The notes below the pieces were generated by a model. The model saw only the letters and a list, made by a program, of their open reading frames with translations. It was not told the DNA's origin and did no database searches. Shown piece by piece: positions 60,512 to 64,000 of a stretch of 64,000 nt of DNA. Positions within the stretch are counted from its first letter, which is position 1. Every line of letters starts with the position of its first letter. The DNA is from an uncultured Poribacteria bacterium (lineage in GTDB: Bacteria; Poribacteria; WGA-4E; WGA-3G), in contig CATQHZ020000001.1 in assembly GCA_958296135.2 (NCBI GenBank), positions 3,968,001 through 4,032,000 on the forward strand, in the 5' to 3' direction. Made by a program: the position numbers and the translations under genes.

Positions 60512-61522
60512 CTATGAATCGCACCGCGCTCGCCCAAGCACCGGATACGCCGGGTCATTGTAACCTTTCCCCGTATGCTCACCCGGCGGCACCAACGCAT
60601 CGATAGCAGCCTCATCTGCCGCACTCAGCGTGCAATCTAGACAGCCGAGGTTATCCTCCAACTGCGCCATCGTCCGCGGCCCGATGATAGCGGACGTGAT
60701 AAGCGGATTCGCCAGCACCCAGGCCAACGCGAATTGCGTGAGCGTTTTGCCGTGCGCGTCTGCCAACGGCTGCAACTGCTGTGCAACTTCATAACTCTCA
60801 TCGCGGAGCTCAGTCTGCAAAATGCGCCTATCTTTTCGCGCAGCCCGAGAACCCTTCGGCGGTTCTTGTCCAACGGAATACTTCCCAGACAGCACGCCGC
60901 GCGCTAACGGACTGTAAGGCACAACCCCTACGCCGTATTTCTGGCAAAACGGCAGCAGCTCCACCTCAGCATCGCGATTGACGATATTATAGAGCGGTTG
61001 GGCGCACACAAATTCCTCCAGCCCGAGTTCTGCGCTTGTCCATAACGCTTCGCAGACGCGCCACGCCTCAAAGTTCGAGCAGGCGATATAGCGCACTTTC
61101 CCCTGCCGAACGCAATCGTCCAGAGCACGCAACGACTCCGCAATGCGAGTCGATGCATCCCAGCGGTGCAGGTAGTACACGTCAATATAATCCGTGCCGA
61201 GGCGTTTGAGGCTCGCCTCCACTGCCGACATGATATTCACCCGATGCGAGCCGCTCTGATTCACATCGTCTCCCATCGAACCGTGGACTTTCGTCGCAAT
61301 AACCCACTTTCCCCTGTCGGATTTAACCGCCTTCCCGATGACGCGTTCCGATTCGCCATCGTTATAGACATTGGCGGTGTCCATAAAGTTAATGCCTGAA
61401 TCCAGCGCGCGGTGGATGATGCGGACAGAATCCTTCTCATTCGTTGGCCCGCCGAACATCATCGTGCCGAGGCACAGCGGCGATACCTTCACACCCGCGC
61501 GTCCAAGTGTTTTGTATTCCAT
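60512..61522 (-). CDS. Aldo/keto reductase
   Basis: LCLGTMMFG, DTANVY, IATK, YYLH, YSPLARG. Confidence 0.95.
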   Translation of the reverse strand: MEYKTLGRAGVKVSPLCLGTMMFGGPTNEKDSVRIIHRALDSGINFMDTANVYNDGESERVIGKAVKSDRGKWVIATKVHGSMGDDVNQSGSHRVNIMSAVEASLKRLGTDYIDVYYLHRWDASTRIAESLRALDDCVRQGKVRYIACSNFEAWRVCEALWTSAELGLEEFVCAQPLYNIVNRDAEVELLPFCQKYGVGVVPYSPLARGVLSGKYSVGQEPPKGSRAARKDRRILQTELRDESYEVAQQLQPLADAHGKTLTQFALAWVLANPLITSAIIGPRTMAQLEDNLGCLDCTLSAADEAAIDALVPPGEHTGKGYNDPAYPVLGRARCDS

Positions 61523-61574
61523 GATTAGGCTCCTTTCTACGTTATTCCCTGCAGCACATTTTCGTCACTTCGCA

Positions 61575-62306
61575 TTACGCCATTCGTATCCCGCCGTTGA
61601 CATCAAGCGTTGCACCGGTGAGATACCGTCCCTCTTCCGATGCGAGGAAGAGAATGGCAGTCGCAATCTCCGAAGCATCGGCAACGCGCCCGAGCGGAAT
61701 CTGGGCTGTCATATCCGGATGGTTTTTCGCCATCTCCGTCGCGGCGATACCCGGCGCGATAGAGTTCACCGTTATCCCATACTCGCCGAGCACCCGCGCC
61801 AACGATTTCGTCAGACACATCACCCCCGCTTTTGAAGCAGAATAAGGGGCAGACGCAACGATGCCGCCCACCTGTCCCGCCAACGAACCGAGGTTGATGA
61901 TTCTCCCAGACCTTTGCGTTTTCATCGTCTCCATCACCGCTTGCGAACAGAGAAAGGGGCCCTTGAGATTGACAGCCATCATCCGGTCCCATTCTTCTTC
62001 GGTGCAGGCATCAATGCGAGTATAACTGAAAATGCCGGCGTTGTTGACGAGGATATCGATGCGCCCAAATTCGGCAAGCGTCTGGCGCACCATCGTTCGC
62101 ACCGATTCGCCATTAGAGACATCCGTTTCAATGACTTTGCATTTTCGGCCGAGTGCCTGAATCTCAGCGGCGGCCGCCTCAGCGTTAGCGATATTCACTT
62201 CGGGGATGACAATTTCCGCGCCTGCCCTTGCGAAAGCGAGGCATGTCGCTTTTCCAATGCCGCCCCCGCCGCCTGTTACAATGGCTACTTGTCCTGCCAA
62301 TCGCAT
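61575..62306 (-). CDS. SDR family oxidoreductase (FabG-like)
   Basis: TGGGGGIG, NNAG, YSASK, DVNGG. Confidence 0.93.
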   Translation of the reverse strand: MRLAGQVAIVTGGGGGIGKATCLAFARAGAEIVIPEVNIANAEAAAAEIQALGRKCKVIETDVSNGESVRTMVRQTLAEFGRIDILVNNAGIFSYTRIDACTEEEWDRMMAVNLKGPFLCSQAVMETMKTQRSGRIINLGSLAGQVGGIVASAPYSASKAGVMCLTKSLARVLGEYGITVNSIAPGIAATEMAKNHPDMTAQIPLGRVADASEIATAILFLASEEGRYLTGATLDVNGGIRMA

Positions 62307-62359
62307 GTCTGTTTCTCCTTTCAATCAGAACGGTTCAGTTTTCAACGGAAACGGCATTT

Positions 62360-62468
62360 CTACCGGTAGGAGGGACATCCCTGTCCCGATGCTTGCGGCT
62401 CTACCGGTAGGAGGGACATCCCTGTCCCGATGCTTTCGGTACCGAGACGCGGGAGGGCTCTCCTACTG
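62360..62468. repeat. GTAGGAG-type REP cluster
   Basis: ctaccggtaggagggacatccctgtcccgatgc twice plus an inverted copy. Confidence 0.85.
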
Positions 62469-62596
62469 CAGAAAACGAAATCGTCCTGCCTCTCAATTTT
62501 TTTCTTGCAAAATTACACTAAATTTGGTAACATATTACCATTATCACACGAACGCTGTAAAAAGTCAAACACCTACTGAAAAGGAGACTTTGGATT

Positions 62597-63415
62597 ATGA
62601 GACACCCCGAATTTTTGCGCTGGACGCTGCTCGCGCTAGTGTTTTCCTTCGTTTGCACAGCGGCGGCACAAAACTATTATCCGGCTACTATCGGAAATAC
62701 GTGGGTTTTAGAGAGTGACACCGGCGAAGACCGGCGCACCTACACCCTAGAGGGCCCCGAAACCGTCGATGGAAAAGAACTCACCATCCTTAAAATCGAG
62801 ACCGAGGCACCCGACATTGAAACCACCGACATTGACCTGTATTTCGTAAGTGTCGGTGATGAAGAAATCGGGCTGCACAAAACCATCTTGGACGAAGGCG
62901 TACTTGGCATCGTAACTGCTGTTTTTGAACCAGCCGCCACTTTCTTCCGATTACGGTTAGCGGTAGGCGATAAGTGGCTAATCTCAGCGGAACTCAAACT
63001 GGCCGTATTAGGCAGAGAGATCGACTTGGAGAACATTACCGATGTAGAAGTCGTCGACGTTGAAACGGTGGAAACGCCCGCGGGCACCTTTGAGAACTGC
63101 GCCAAGATTGCCTTGCGGCAGCGCGTCAAATCCCCGTTCCTCAATCTGGACTCGACTTCCTATCAATGGTTGGCACCCAATGTCGGCCCCGTCAAATATC
63201 TCAACAGTGACGGCATCGAATACAACCTTGTCAACTCCAAGGTTGGCGAACCAAGTGGCGAGCCAAGTTACGACGTGACCGGCGATGGAGTCGTTAACAT
63301 CTTGGATCTGGTATTCGTCGCCTCGCGCTTCGGGCAGGCAGACGCGACGGCAGATGTGAACGGTGATGGTGTCATTAACATTCTGGATTTAACGCTCATC
63401 GCACAGAATTTCTGA
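62597..63415 (+). CDS. Secreted protein with C-terminal dockerin-like domain
   Basis: Signal peptide, YYP..GNTW, TPAGTF, WLAPNVGPVK, DVTGDG/DVNGDG. Confidence 0.85.
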   Translation: MRHPEFLRWTLLALVFSFVCTAAAQNYYPATIGNTWVLESDTGEDRRTYTLEGPETVDGKELTILKIETEAPDIETTDIDLYFVSVGDEEIGLHKTILDEGVLGIVTAVFEPAATFFRLRLAVGDKWLISAELKLAVLGREIDLENITDVEVVDVETVETPAGTFENCAKIALRQRVKSPFLNLDSTSYQWLAPNVGPVKYLNSDGIEYNLVNSKVGEPSGEPSYDVTGDGVVNILDLVFVASRFGQADATADVNGDGVINILDLTLIAQNF

Positions 63416-63427
63416 GCACGCAGCGTC

Positions 63428-63572
63428 GTCATCCGTAGGGCGAGGGCCCGGCGAGCACGAATCGCCGAGGGTTTCCCTCGCCGTACCAAGGTCTGACGAG
63501 AAGCAGAAAACACGAGTCGTTATCCGTAGGGCGAGGGCCTGTCCCTCGCCGTGCCAAGGTCTGACGAGAAAA
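63428..63572. repeat. REP direct pair, filled (23-bp cassette) and empty
   Basis: atccgtagggcgagggcc[cassette]..cctcgccgt.ccaaggtctgacgagaa repeated. Confidence 0.85.
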
Positions 63573-63638
63573 CGTTCCTTCCGCAGCGATAAAAAACTTG
63601 CAAATAAACGCTCAATCGCGTAAAATAAAAAGGACACC

Positions 63639-63866
63639 ATGGTAACGTGGAAATTGGCGTTAGCCGTTATCATCATCGCTATCCTCCTGATGCTCGCCGG
63701 GATGTGGGTTGGATACCGCTACGTGAGACAGCAGGATGACATCACGCCGGCGGCGCGGGGTGAAAATCCGCGCACGCTAGGTTTAACCGCAATCGCGGAA
63801 CAGACTCGTCCCAACTGGGACACTAACGTCAGGATAGGGCTGATACCAAATCAACGCGCTTTATAG
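63639..63866 (+). CDS. Small single-TM protein
   Basis: AAGGA SD, hydrophobic N-terminus. Confidence 0.55.
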   Translation: MVTWKLALAVIIIAILLMLAGMWVGYRYVRQQDDITPAARGENPRTLGLTAIAEQTRPNWDTNVRIGLIPNQRAL

Positions 63867-64000
63867 GGCGAGATCGGGAGAACTCAAACTACAGCGGGGA
63901 ATTTGGCTTGATACCGATCCGGACATCAATTTCAGAGGACTGACGTACCCCCGGTAGGCGCGCGTACAACGCGCAACTACCGGACAGAAAACGAAATGGC

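Noticed and set aside
63490-63575. CTGACGA...GAAA as a hammerhead ribozyme
   Set aside because: No stem II between the core motifs and no convincing stems I or III.

Overview
Bacterial chromosomal window, GC-rich by eye. It is probably Candidatus Poribacteria; this is an inference from secreted WD40/LVIVD/dockerin-like proteins ending in an NYPNPFNPETWIPYQL-type domain and a [10 protein letters not shown]-tailed protein. Housekeeping and metabolic content: AddA-like helicase-nuclease, archease, Gld-type ABC module, tRNA Gly/Cys/Val cluster, argJ, a dgoD sugar-acid operon, waaA, trxA and a PaoABC-like molybdoenzyme. Defence and mobile content: an Rpn-like nuclease, a type II R-M pair, a type IIG R-M fusion, a truncated type III mod gene, a TnpB-only IS607-like element, three tandem PD-(D/E)XK paralogs and a decayed mazEF. 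The most striking unexplained structure is a pervasive family of GTAG-headed REP-like hairpins. These (i) build kb-scale mosaic arrays, (ii) carry interchangeable cassettes in the hairpin loop, (iii) sit in-frame inside many ORFs as peptide inserts, and (iv) mark a domain-deleting junction in a duplicated WD40 gene. The TnpB has a RuvC-I D->N change but keeps its ends and a putative omegaRNA. All calls come from reading the sequence; no database searches were run.
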